DNA of 64,000 bases from Selaginella moellendorffii (lineage: Eukaryota; Plantae; Lycopodiophyta), in contig NW_003314263.1 of NCBI RefSeq assembly GCF_000143415.4, positions 684,165 through 748,164 of the forward strand, given 5' to 3'. This document shows, piece after piece, positions 48,893 to 60,034 of the stretch. Position numbers and translations under genes: made by a program. Position 1 is the first letter of the stretch. Every line of letters starts with the position of its first letter. The notes beneath the pieces were generated by a model. It was not told the origin of the DNA. It was given only the letters and a program-made list of their open reading frames with translations, and did no database searches.

Positions 48893-51862
48893 ATGCGCGT
48901 AGATGCTGCGGCGACACTACTCCGAAAATGCCGATCTCCCACGGAGGCGCGGATTCTCCACTCGCAGATCGCCAGGGCGGGCCTGGATCGCAACACATTC
49001 GTCGCGAATCTTGTCATTCACATGTACAGCGTCTGCGGCGGCCTGCGCGATGCCGAGAACGTCTTCCACAGCGGCGCAGCCCGCCGCAACGTCTACTCGT
49101 GGACGATCTTGCTTCGAGCATTTGCCCAGACAGAGGATCTTGCCAGAGCCAGGGACGTTTTCACGCGAATGGCTCATCGCGATGTGGTCTCCTGGAATGC
49201 GCTGATTGCCGGGTACGCCGGCGCTGGGAATCTCTCGCGGTCGCAGGAGCTCTTCGATTCCATGCCGGAGAGAGATCTTGTGTCCTGGAACACGATCATC
49301 GCGGCGTATGCCCAGAATGGGCATTGCAGAGAGGCGCTGGGATTTTTCCGGGGCTTGGATCTCCAGGGCGTGGCGCCGGATTCCATCAGCTTCGTGAGCG
49401 TTCTCGATGCCATTGCCGGGATCGAAGAGCTGGATAGAGATCTGGCAAGGGCGATTGCCATGGAAGCAATCCGCCTGGGAATTCACACCCAGATCGCTGT
49501 CGGGACGGCGCTCGTTGTGGTTTATGGAAAGATTGGCGAGGCCGAGAGCGCGGAGCATTTCTTTGATCGGATCATTGGCAGGAATGCGATATGCTGGAAC
49601 GCCATGCTGTCCGCGTATGCCCAATCAGGGAATCTTTGCAAAGCGCGAGAGTTCTTCGACCGAATGCCTTGCGTTGATGTGATCTCCTGGACGACGATAA
49701 TTGATGCCACATCTCGCCATGAACGGCTCCAGGATGCAAAGGATCTCTTTGATTGCATCAAACAAAGAGATTTGGCTGTCTGGAACGCTCTACTTTCAGC
49801 ATTTGCCCAAAAGGGGCATTTTTTTGAGTCTATAGATTTGTATGAAAGACTCCCAGCCCACGATCTTCGTTCAAGAACATCACTGCTCATAGCTTACGCT
49901 TCGAAAGGTGACATGGTTTCGTTGCAGGAGATATTTCATCAAACAAGCCACAAGGATGCCACTCTCTGGAACGCGATGATCACAGCACTTGCCCTGCTTG
50001 GGCATATGCTAGAAGCTCTAGACCTTTTCGATTCAATGGACGTTCTCAAGAACAAACTCACGTACATCATCGCCATCGACGCCTGCGGCAGCCTTGGCGA
50101 TCCTGATCGATGCGAGAGGATCTTCCACTTGAGCCAAGCCTGCGGATCCTTGCGTAGCGATCACGGAGTATCGTGCTCCTTGATCAAGATGTTTGGGAGA
50201 TCCGGTGCGGTGGAGAGGGCCGAGCTCGTCTTCGAGCAGAAGAAGCGGCGGAGAGAGCTCTGGAACGCCATGATCGCGACGTATGCTCACAATGGATGCC
50301 TCGACGAAGCGATGCTCCTTTTCAAGACAATGCCCCGGAGAGATCTTTCCTCGTGGAGCATCGTCGCTAGAGCTCAAGCCCAGCAGGGACACTTCGATCA
50401 AGCACTGTTCTTGCTCGAGATCTCGCCAGAGATCACTATCGCGGCATGCAACGCGCTGATCACCGCGTATCTCCAGAGAGGCCACCTCGCTAGCGCGAGG
50501 CGGGTATTCGATCGGATGGAGCAGCGAGACACGAGTTCGTGGAGCTCGATCATCGCGGCCTATGCCCAGCTCGGTCACTGCGAGGAATCACTCGCGCTGT
50601 TCTGGCAGATCGACACAACACCCGACCGCGCGACGTTCCTCGCAGCTCTCGATGCGTGCTCGGGCCTCTCGAGCCTCTCCCACTGCCGCCAAGTTCACGC
50701 AGCGGCGGATCACACTGGCTGGATCTCCGATCTCGCCGTGGCGACTTCACTGGTGGCGAGCTATGGAAAATGCAAGGGAGTGGAGGAATCCAAGGCAGTG
50801 TTTGATCGCATCGAGCACCCATCCACTGTCTCGTGGAACTCTTTGCTAAGATCATATGCGCAAAACGGGCATCTCGCCAAGGCCGCGAGTTTCCTCGAGG
50901 AAACCATTCCTTCTCCAGACGTGGTCTCGTTTAACACGCTCGCGGCGGCTTATATCCAGCACGGGAGAGTGAACGAGGCTCTGGAGATTCTCACGAAAAG
51001 GATGCCCTGCTGGGACAGCTTCTCGCACAACACAGCTATGGCGGCGCATGCCCAAGCCGGGCATATCCACAAAGCAAAGGAAATATTTGAGAAAATGGAG
51101 GAGCCAAGCACGGTCTCGTGGAACACCTTGATTTGTATCTTCGTCCAAGCCGGGGAATGCGAGAGTGCTGCTCGGCTCTTTCACCAAATGGATCTGGAAG
51201 GCGCCCAGGCGGACAAGGTGAGTTTCTTGGCTGTTCTTGACGCCCTTGGGAGGATCACCGCTCTCCAAAAGGGAAAGCTTGTGCATGGTGAGCTCCATCA
51301 CTCTAGGTTTCAATCCGACGTGATAACAAGCAATGCCGTTGTCAACTTTTATGGGAGGTGTGGATACCTTCAAGGGGCAAAGGTGGCGTTTGAGGCAATG
51401 ACAAGGCAGGACGTGGTTTCATGGAATGGAATCATCTCGGTGTATGCAAACAACGGGCATTTTGAGGAAACTTTTGATCTCTTCTGGAGGATGAAGCTCG
51501 AGGGGCTTGATCCGGACGAAGTCACGTTTGTCAGTGTTCTCTCTGCATGTAGCCATGCCGGGCTCTTTGAGAGTGGTAAGTATAGTTTCCAGTCTCTTGT
51601 GCTCGATCATCACATAGCTCCAAACTTGGAGCATTTCATGTGTGTGATCGATTTGCTTGGGCGAACTGGCCGGCTTGACGAGGCCCAAGAGGTGATCGAT
51701 AGCATGCCAATCGAGCCGGGCTCCATTGCCTACATGACGCTGCTTGGAGCTTGTAAAACTCATGGCAATAATCGGCTTGGAAACATGGCTGCTCCAAGCG
51801 CCATCACAAGAGCTTCTGGAGCATCAACTTATGTCCTTCTATCTCATATTTGTGTAGAGTGA
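48893..51862 (+). CDS. PLS-class PPR protein with E region, 989 aa
   Basis: Long intact ORF of PLS repeats ending HFMCVIDLLGRTGRL...LLGACKTHG...YVLLS; no DYW domain. Confidence 0.94.
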   Translation: MRVDAAATLLRKCRSPTEARILHSQIARAGLDRNTFVANLVIHMYSVCGGLRDAENVFHSGAARRNVYSWTILLRAFAQTEDLARARDVFTRMAHRDVVSWNALIAGYAGAGNLSRSQELFDSMPERDLVSWNTIIAAYAQNGHCREALGFFRGLDLQGVAPDSISFVSVLDAIAGIEELDRDLARAIAMEAIRLGIHTQIAVGTALVVVYGKIGEAESAEHFFDRIIGRNAICWNAMLSAYAQSGNLCKAREFFDRMPCVDVISWTTIIDATSRHERLQDAKDLFDCIKQRDLAVWNALLSAFAQKGHFFESIDLYERLPAHDLRSRTSLLIAYASKGDMVSLQEIFHQTSHKDATLWNAMITALALLGHMLEALDLFDSMDVLKNKLTYIIAIDACGSLGDPDRCERIFHLSQACGSLRSDHGVSCSLIKMFGRSGAVERAELVFEQKKRRRELWNAMIATYAHNGCLDEAMLLFKTMPRRDLSSWSIVARAQAQQGHFDQALFLLEISPEITIAACNALITAYLQRGHLASARRVFDRMEQRDTSSWSSIIAAYAQLGHCEESLALFWQIDTTPDRATFLAALDACSGLSSLSHCRQVHAAADHTGWISDLAVATSLVASYGKCKGVEESKAVFDRIEHPSTVSWNSLLRSYAQNGHLAKAASFLEETIPSPDVVSFNTLAAAYIQHGRVNEALEILTKRMPCWDSFSHNTAMAAHAQAGHIHKAKEIFEKMEEPSTVSWNTLICIFVQAGECESAARLFHQMDLEGAQADKVSFLAVLDALGRITALQKGKLVHGELHHSRFQSDVITSNAVVNFYGRCGYLQGAKVAFEAMTRQDVVSWNGIISVYANNGHFEETFDLFWRMKLEGLDPDEVTFVSVLSACSHAGLFESGKYSFQSLVLDHHIAPNLEHFMCVIDLLGRTGRLDEAQEVIDSMPIEPGSIAYMTLLGACKTHGNNRLGNMAAPSAITRASGASTYVLLSHICVE

Positions 51863-51880
51863 ATGCTAGATTTTAAATTC

Positions 51881-52503
51881 TCATCTTGGTGATTGCCATA
51901 TACAAGTTTGCTCTACAGTGTTGTATACTACAACATGTCCAGAGTTATCAACACATAATGCACTAGTAATCCATTTGTCTTTCCAGTAAATGCTGTCTGA
52001 CCAAACAACTGTGTAATTTTCATCATAGATTACCATATTTCCATCTTTTTGCAACCTTAGAAAGCTATTTGTGTGAGTGCTCCAAACAATTATACTCTTT
52101 GTAGATTGCAGTCCTGAATAAACCATTTAAAGATTGCAGAAAGTTCCCATTTGATAATGTAGAAAAGACAGAATGGTGTGGTTCATTTCTTATGCATACC
52201 TTATAAATATTGCAATCGTTTTTATATGGTTTTGTAGGGTGAAAATAAGCAAATTTAATCTGAATCAAGCTGATACGATATGCTAAACCGTCCATTCATA
52301 TATTCTGCTGATAATATCTGTAAATTCTACTTGTAAATCAAAGCCTTTATATTTTATCTACTATTTGATTGTGCATTTAATAATGATATTGTCATTCTTA
52401 AGGATTTACCATTTTTTGAAAACACTACTTTAGAAAGTGAAAATCCTGAGTAATAATTATCTTTTCTTCCTACGTCTTTAATAAGATCTAAAAGAAAACC
52501 CAT
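51881..52503 (-). pseudogene. Bulb-type lectin chimera, inverted copy, disrupted
   Basis: Starts MGFLLDLIKDVGRKDNYYSGF; ends LQKDGNMVIYDENYTVVWS; internal deletions. Confidence 0.7.
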
Positions 52504-52759
52504 GATTCTATGTTTAAAACTGGTTAGTTTGTTATATTTTGGTTTAGTTAAGTAAAATTAAAATAGTTTAATTTTTATTTATTTATAAATTCTTTAATTT
52601 TAAAATGTAAAACCTTTTACAAGCGTTTGAGATGAATATTTAATATGCCCAAATCTTTATTTCTCTTAATTTCTATATTATTTCAAAAACATTGTTAAAC
52701 TTTAAGTGCCATTTACGAAAATCCAAATTCTATATCACTAAGCCTGGATCTAAATAATA

Positions 52760-54490
52760 AATAATATCCTCGAAGAATCTTAGGGCACTTGCATCGGGCG
52801 CTGCTTTGGATCCGGTTGGATGCACCACACTCCAATGCGAAGCAGCTTCTCGGCCTTAGAGGTAGCCTCCATTTCTTGCCAGACCGAAGCTTCTCAAACC
52901 GCCAGGAACTTTGGGCTCCTCCCGCAAGACACACAGGTATGGAAAGCGCCACTTCCAGCACAAGGATCCCAAAGCTGTAGATGTCCAGTTTGTCTCTCAC
53001 TCTCATCTGCAACCATTCCGGAGCCATGTATCCGGGTGTTCCTCAGATCATTGTCATGACATCGCTTAGATCTCCTTGCTCTACCATCCTCGACAGTCCA
53101 AACTCTGCTATCTTGACACCAAAGTTTTCGTCCAGGAGTAGGTTTTGCGGCTTGATGTCCAAGTGCAGGACTCTAGTGCTGCATTCCTCGTGGAGGTAGC
53201 ACATCCCTCGAGCAATCTCCTCGACTATCTTGAATCTCGTGTCCCAGTTGAGCTCTTCCCGCGGCTTGTAGATCCACTTGTCTAGCGATCCGTTTGCTAC
53301 GTACTCGTAAATCAGGAAGTAGTGTGATTCCTGGGAAAAAAAGCCTTTGAGTCTTACAAGGTTCTTGTGATGGATGATTCCGATCGCTCTCACCTCCGCC
53401 TTGAACTGTTTGTATCCTTGGCTCGAGAAGCTCTCCAGCCGTTTCACGGCAACGGAGAGTATCCCTTCGAAAACCGTGCCAACGCCTCCACTTGCGATTT
53501 TCTCACTGAAGGCTTTGGTTGCAGTGAGGAGCTCCGGGTAATTAAAGACGCGCATCAACGATGGTTTGTAGTGTTTGAGGTACGAGTTTATCTGTTTCTT
53601 CCAGATCACCATTGCGATGATGATTATAGCCATGGTCGCCACAGAGAAAACCGCGACGATGGCTGGCTTTGCCTGTTTTTGGTATTTGGCGACTTTGTGA
53701 GTTGCCTGGTGTTGAGAGCTTCGGAAGATCTCCAGCTTGGTACAACTTGATCGAAAACAGCAAAGCTTGATCGACGACGTTGCGAGTTTTGTTCAGAGAA
53801 AAAACTTCGGTCATCTGGAAACAGGTAGTCGTTTCTCCTGGCTTAGCATCCCTTTGCACGAACAGTTTTTGACACACAGGGCCATGCACGCTGCTGGAGT
53901 GACGTTGTGGAGCGCACTGGATAAATCTAGAGGTTTGTAGAAGTATCGTCCTTTGGCTTCGAGCATGTAGTAATGTTGCGAGTTCTCGCAGGTTCTTACA
54001 GGTGCTTGCATCCCTCCTTGTCCCCGGAAGAAACGTACTTCGTGAACGATGCAGAGGCATCCTTCAGCTGTCTCGAACGAGATCCCACAGGTTCGAGTAA
54101 GCGAGCTTTTCCCGAAGAAGAGCGGGTTTAAGTTGATGCTCTTCGTGCTGTTGCCGGTGCTGAATGATCTCGAGGTAAACCGGGGCTCTCCATTCGAGTA
54201 GATCTTGAGGAACTGGTACCCTGCTTGATCAGTAACACCACCGATCGTTGGAGTGGACCACATAACACCTTTCGTCCCGTGGATTTCCAAGCTGCTATTG
54301 ACGAGGAAGAGAAATGATATCTCTTCTTCTTCCTCATCGAAAAGATCTCCAGACCTCTCCAAAAGATCCTCAACATACTGGAGTTCAAAGCGACCGAGAA
54401 GCGGCTACCTCCAGTGAGAAGTACTCTGGCTCTTTGTTCTCCTTAGAGATGCTGGCTACTAACTTCATCCCAGGGAGCACAGCATCACAG
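52760..54490 (-). pseudogene. S-domain receptor-like kinase pseudogene, inverted, 5'-truncated
   Basis: HHKNLVRLKG, HLDIKPQN, IAEFG (DFG altered), MAPEW; multiple frameshifts. Confidence 0.9.
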
Positions 54491-55764
54491 ACCACCTGCG
54501 AGAACCAAATGAGCATGAAAGACAACAGCCACGAGAAGTAAAACTTACTTCAAAAGTTGCTTGAATTCTTTCTTCCCCAGAACTCTAAGATCTTCGCATA
54601 ATGCCTTTATCTACAGGAAAAAGTCCTCCCAATCAAAACAAGCAAACGAGGAATAGATATGAACGTACCTCGTCAGATGTTTCAGCGTGGTCTTTGATTG
54701 GCGAACTTTTCGGATCATCAAACGAAATAGACGTGATGCTACCAAGAAGCTCTAGAGGTTTTTCGGACCAGACGAAGTCTGCTGCCGTGCAGTCTTTACG
54801 AAAGGTAGTGTTAGCGTCATCGTATCTGCAGGAAAAGAAAAACATAAAAACAAGAGTCTATTTGACGTGAGAACCCACCCCTCGCGGTGACGTTTCTGTT
54901 TACTACTACGAAGAACGTCGATCACCTACACAATTTACTCGGCTTTAGCGCAAGCACCTTGTTTACAATAACAAAACCCACCTTTGGGGGCTGAGGAATC
55001 TCTTCAAATAAAAAGCGAGGGTCCAAGTTACGCGGATCGATTTTCACGGGTGCCAGATACTTGAGACCAACCACGTATATTTCAGCTGATGTCGAACGAC
55101 TTGCTACTTCCACCTTGGCAAACAGCTACCAAACGATACAAGAGGCAATGAAATATCACTCAAAAAACCATGACAAACATACCTGTTCAAATGCATACTT
55201 CAGCGCGTTATAATCTTGGGATCGAAAAACCTGCAAGAAAAAACCAATTTTGGGAATCAGAGAAGGAGGAAAAATTCAAAAATGGAGGAAGAAAAGGAAT
55301 TCTTCGTACCTTGGTGACAAACGTTCCTTTGGGAGCCAGAAACTTGGTAGCCAACTTCAAAGAATCCAGGACAAGAGACGACTGCGTCATGGCTTCTTTG
55401 GCCCAGGCACCTCCCACATTGGGGGAGCCATCGTGGAGCACAACATCGACCATTCTCAACCCATTCTGGTCGAGAATCTTCCCAATATCCGACGCGCATT
55501 TTGGAGTGGTGATATCGCCCTGGAGCGCTCTCACGGGGCGAATCGGCACCAGATCCACGCCGATTACCACAGACCTCACGCGGCCACCTGCATCCATCCC
55601 CCGGGCGCCGCGCACAAATCCAGCAGCGAGTGCGCCGAGCTGAGGAAGCCATACTTGCGATCGAGCTGCACGAGCTTGAATGCGGCACGAGAGCGGTAGC
55701 CCTGCTCCTTGGCGAGGTAGTAGAAGCGATCCAGCCGGTGCTTCCCCTTTTTCGCCTTCCCCAT
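54491..55764 (-). pseudogene. Spb1/FTSJ3, 5' part with deletions
   Basis: Duplicate of about 42620-43927 with a frameshifting deletion after WMQVA. Confidence 0.9.
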
Positions 55765-56682
55765 CCCTGCAAGACCTAAAACCCTACGACGAACCCTAAA
55801 ACCCCACTTTAGGTTTACAAGAAATATTCTGGTGGATATTCGAGCGCTTTTAAAATGCGTCAGGATACGAACATTCATAAAGTCTTCCCTTCTTGGGTGT
55901 AATGATGCCAGAGCTCATAGAAACCTCCATATGATCGTTGTTGCTGCCCCTTGAAAGCAGAAAACAAGAGCGCTTCCAATCTAGCTGGCGTTGCTGCTGC
56001 TGCTGCTGCTTGGGTCGACCAGCATTTCCATTCCAAAGAAGAACCTAAAACCCCCTAGAGAAGAGGGTATCCCAAAGTCCCCCAATTCAGAGGAGCAAAG
56101 CAAAAGGAGAAATACACACTAGTTAGCATTGGACACAAAGGAAAATAGTTCCAATCACTTTAACTTGGACCACACAGGACAGAGAAGTGCCATGTAATCT
56201 GCCACAAATACCCTCTTCTCTCAAATCTAGGGCCTCTACGCAATACTCCAAACTTCCATCCCTAGATTATACAATCCCCAAGTTTTCACACAAGATCACT
56301 CAATCAATCAAACAAAACATCTTTCGATAACGCGAAACTTGGCATCTTGTTTGACCAACTTAGAATGGATGGATGCATTATTCATCCCTAGTGTGTTTGT
56401 TTGCCTGTCAACCTTTTTGTAGGGTCTGGAAAGTTGTTGTTGTGGTGGTAGTTTTTGTCTTTGATCTTGTCCTGTGTGGTCCAAGTTAAAGTGATTGGAA
56501 GTAATGTTGTGTGGTAGCAAGTCGGACGGGAGTGGAAAGAGAGAAGTGCCATGTAATCTGCCACATCATTGCCAGCAAGGTGGAGAGAGACTGTTTAACA
56601 GGAGGCATGCATCGCATGCGGGCATTCCCCCTTTATAAACAGATGCAAAACCTCGCATTGTCAAGCATAATATTTCTCAAGA

Positions 56683-57206
56683 ATGGCCAAAGTTCTTCTC
56701 TCCGCCCTCCTCTTTGGCCTGCTGCTCTTCGTAGCGGATGCATCTCGCAACACTCAGCGTACGTGCAAACACTTCCGCATTCTTGCAAATCCTTTCTCTA
56801 ACCTGCAGAATGGTTCTAGTGACTGGCAGGGAGAGCGATGTGACTTATGTCGTCGAGGGGCCTCGTGATGGTAACGAGGCTGCTGATCTCAATGTTGTCA
56901 TCCAGAGCACCCCGAATCACGGTAACTCTTGTTGTGACCACGAGCTGTCCTTGTGATGTTGATTATGCCACTGCTTCTCCGCTTTTCATGCTTGCAGGCC
57001 TCCAAGATACATTCTGCTGCCTGAGCAACGCCTTTGGATGTCTTCAGAACTGCGACTCCAACATCAAATACTACTGCTGCTTGAAGAATGGATTCGGGAG
57101 CTGCCTACAGCTCTGCGACTCGTCCAAGGAACACTACTGCTGCAAAAAGAACGGCTTTGAGGTCTGCGTTGGAATGTGCCCCAAAACCGTGGACCTGATG
57201 AAGTGA
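56683..57206 (+). CDS. Secreted modular cysteine-rich peptide precursor, copy 4 (exons 56683-56758, 56820-56921, 56998-57206; 128 aa; 3 modules)
   Basis: Same structure as copy 3; FCCLSNAFGCLQNCDSNIKYYCCLKNGFGSCLQLCDSSKEHYCCKKNGFEVCVGMCP. Confidence 0.85.
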
Positions 57207-57653
57207 TCCGCGTTTGATGAAAAGTATATGCAACATCTGGAATCAAAAGCTTATGATTGCTGATACTCTTTACAATTTTTTATCTAGACATTTACGTTTT
57301 TCAACTGAGTTTGTAAGTTCCCTTTTAGCATAGCTTGCCATGCCACTGCTGCTGGATCGTCCATTGGGAGACAAGTAGAACTGGAGGCGTTACAATCCCC
57401 TTTGAACAAGGTCTCAGCGCCTCATTTAAGTAAATTGTAAGAAAAAAAAACTTGGAAGCTGTTATAGTCCCATGCACGTGAAAGGTTCTAAGAATATCTT
57501 ATTTTATGAATAATTGTTTAAACTTGAGCCTTAGCTCGATTCAGAAGATCGTCCCAACACACCTACGAAAGAACGGTGCGCTTTCTTGTCATGTCTTCCA
57601 ATTCCATGCTGATATTCATCGCCACCTTTGGTTTCTCAATTGTCTAGTGCATA

Positions 57654-59835
57654 ATGCATCGTCTCAATGACACTACAAGCGCCATTGTCCTCCAAGCTCG
57701 AATTATACTTGGCTTTACCACCCCTAGGAGCAAACCTCGCAAGAGTCTCAGTTCTACTTGTCAGTTTTCCTCCCAATGGACGCCATGGAACTATCCAACA
57801 GCGGTGGCATGGCGAGCTACGCGAAAACCTGTCCGGAAAGGAGCGTACCGCGACCTAGTGCTGAGCGACGTAGATGAAATTTTTTTGTGGTCGACCAACA
57901 CGGGCCTCGAGAGCTCTGGAAATCTCGTAATCCGGAGCAAAACTGGAGCTTTGCTGTGGCAGAGCTTTGGTCATCCCGGTGATGCTATGCTCCCTGCCAG
58001 CCTCTAAAACCAGGGATGAAGTTAGTAGCCAGCATCTCTAACGAGAACAAAGAGCGAGGGTACTTCTCACTCGGGTAAGCTGCTTCTTGGTCGCTTTGAA
58101 CTCCAGTATGTTGGGATATTTTGGAGAGCTCTGGAGCTCCGACGAGGAAGAAGAAGAGATATCGTTTCTCTTCCTCGTCAATAGCAGCTTGGAAATCCAC
58201 GGGACGAAAGGTGTTATGTGGTCCACTCCAACGATCGGTGATGTTACTGGTCAATACGGATACCAGTTACTCAAGATCTACTCGAATGGAGAGCTCCATT
58301 TTACCTCGAGATCATTCAGCAGCAGCAACAGCACGACGAGCATCGACTTAAAACCCGCAGTTATTCGGGAACAGCTTGCTTACTCGAACCTGTGGGATCT
58401 CGTTCCAGACAGCTGATGGATGCCTCTGTCCGGAGCTCAAGAACGACACCAGGGGATCGTCATCCATGGAGTACGTTTCTTCCGGGGACAAGGAGAGGTG
58501 CAAGCCCGAAAACGAACCTGGAAGAGCCTGCGAGAACTCGCAACATACTACATGCTCGAAGCCACAGTACGATACTTCTACAAACCTCTAGATTTATCCA
58601 GTGCGCTCCACAACGTCACTCCAGCAGCGTGCATGGCCCTGTGTATCAAAAACTGTTCGTGCAAAGCAGTTCTAAGCCAGGAGAAAACGAGTACCTGTTT
58701 CCAGATGAATGAAGTTTTTGCTTTGAACAGAACTCGCAACGTCGTCGATCAAGCTTTGCTGTTTTAGATCAAGTTGTACCAAGATGGAGATCTTCCAAAG
58801 CTCTCAGCACCAGGCAGCTCGCAGAACAAAGTAGCCAAGCAGCAGAAAAAGGCAAAGCCAGCCCTCGTCGCGGCTTTCTCTGTGGCAACCATGGCTATAA
58901 TCATCATCGCAATGGTGATCTGGAAGAAACAGATAAACTCGTAGCTCAAACACTACAAACCATCGCTTCCATCCGGTGCTATGGACGTGGTGCGCGTCTT
59001 CACGTACCCGGAGCTCCACACTGCAACCAAAGCCTTCAGTAAGAAAATCGCAAGTGGAGGCTTTGGCACGGTTTTCGAAGGGATACTCTCGGATGGATCC
59101 AAGGTTCCTGTCAAGCGTCTGGAAACCTTCTCGAGCCAAGGATACAAGCAGTTCAAGGCGGAGGTGGGGGCGATCAGAAGCATCCATCACAAGAACCTCG
59201 TAAGACTCAAAGGCTTTTGTTCCCAGGAATCACACCACTTCCTGGTTTACGAGTACGTACCAAACGGATTGCTAGACAAGTGGATCTACAAGCCGCTGGA
59301 AGAGCTCAACTGGGACACGAGATTCAGGATAGTCGAGGAGATTGCTCAAGGGATTCGCTACCTCCACGAGGAATGCAGCACTAGAGTCCTCCACTTGGAT
59401 ATCAAGCCGCAAAACATACTCCTGGACGAGAACTTTGGTGTCAAGATAGCAGACTTTGGACTGTCCAGGATGGTAGAGCAAGGAGATCTAAGCGATGTCA
59501 TGACCATGATCCGAGGAACACCCGGACATATGAGATGAGAGTGAGCGACAAACTGGACGTCTACAGCTTTGGGATCCTTGTGCTGGAAGTGGCTACCGGA
59601 TTACAAGCTTTCCATACCTGTGTGTCTTGCGGGAGGAGCCCGGGCATGGGCGTTTGAGAAGCTTCGGTCTGGGAAGTTAATGGAGATGTTAGAAGAGAAG
59701 AGGGCCCGGCACGAAATGGAGGCTATCTCTAAGGCCGAGAAGCTGCTTCGCATTGGAGTGTGGTGCATCCAGCCGGATCCAAGGGAGCGCCCTGCAATGG
59801 CTCAAGTCGTCAAAATGTTGCAAGGAGTGCCCTAA
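57654..59835 (+). pseudogene. G-type lectin S-domain receptor-like kinase pseudogene (most complete copy)
   Basis: Lectin, PAN, TM and kinase motifs (GGFGTVF, HLDIKPQN, DFGLS, RGTPG), with several stops and frameshifts. Confidence 0.9.
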
Positions 59836-60034
59836 AATTCTTTGACCAATGAATTCTTTATTATTTAGATCCTTTAAGGAGTTAAAGCTTTTAGTTTAAT
59901 CTAGTTTAATATGTTATATTTTAGTTTAGTTAAGAAAATTAAAAAAGTTTTATTTGGAATATTTTCCCAATTTTTCCTTTTAATATTAAAACATGGTTAT
60001 TATTTAAATGTCAGTTACGAAAACCACTTTAGAA

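Noticed and set aside
48893-51862. DYW editing deaminase domain in the PPR genes
   Set aside because: Both complete PPR proteins end within or just after the E region, with no HxE/CxxC motif.
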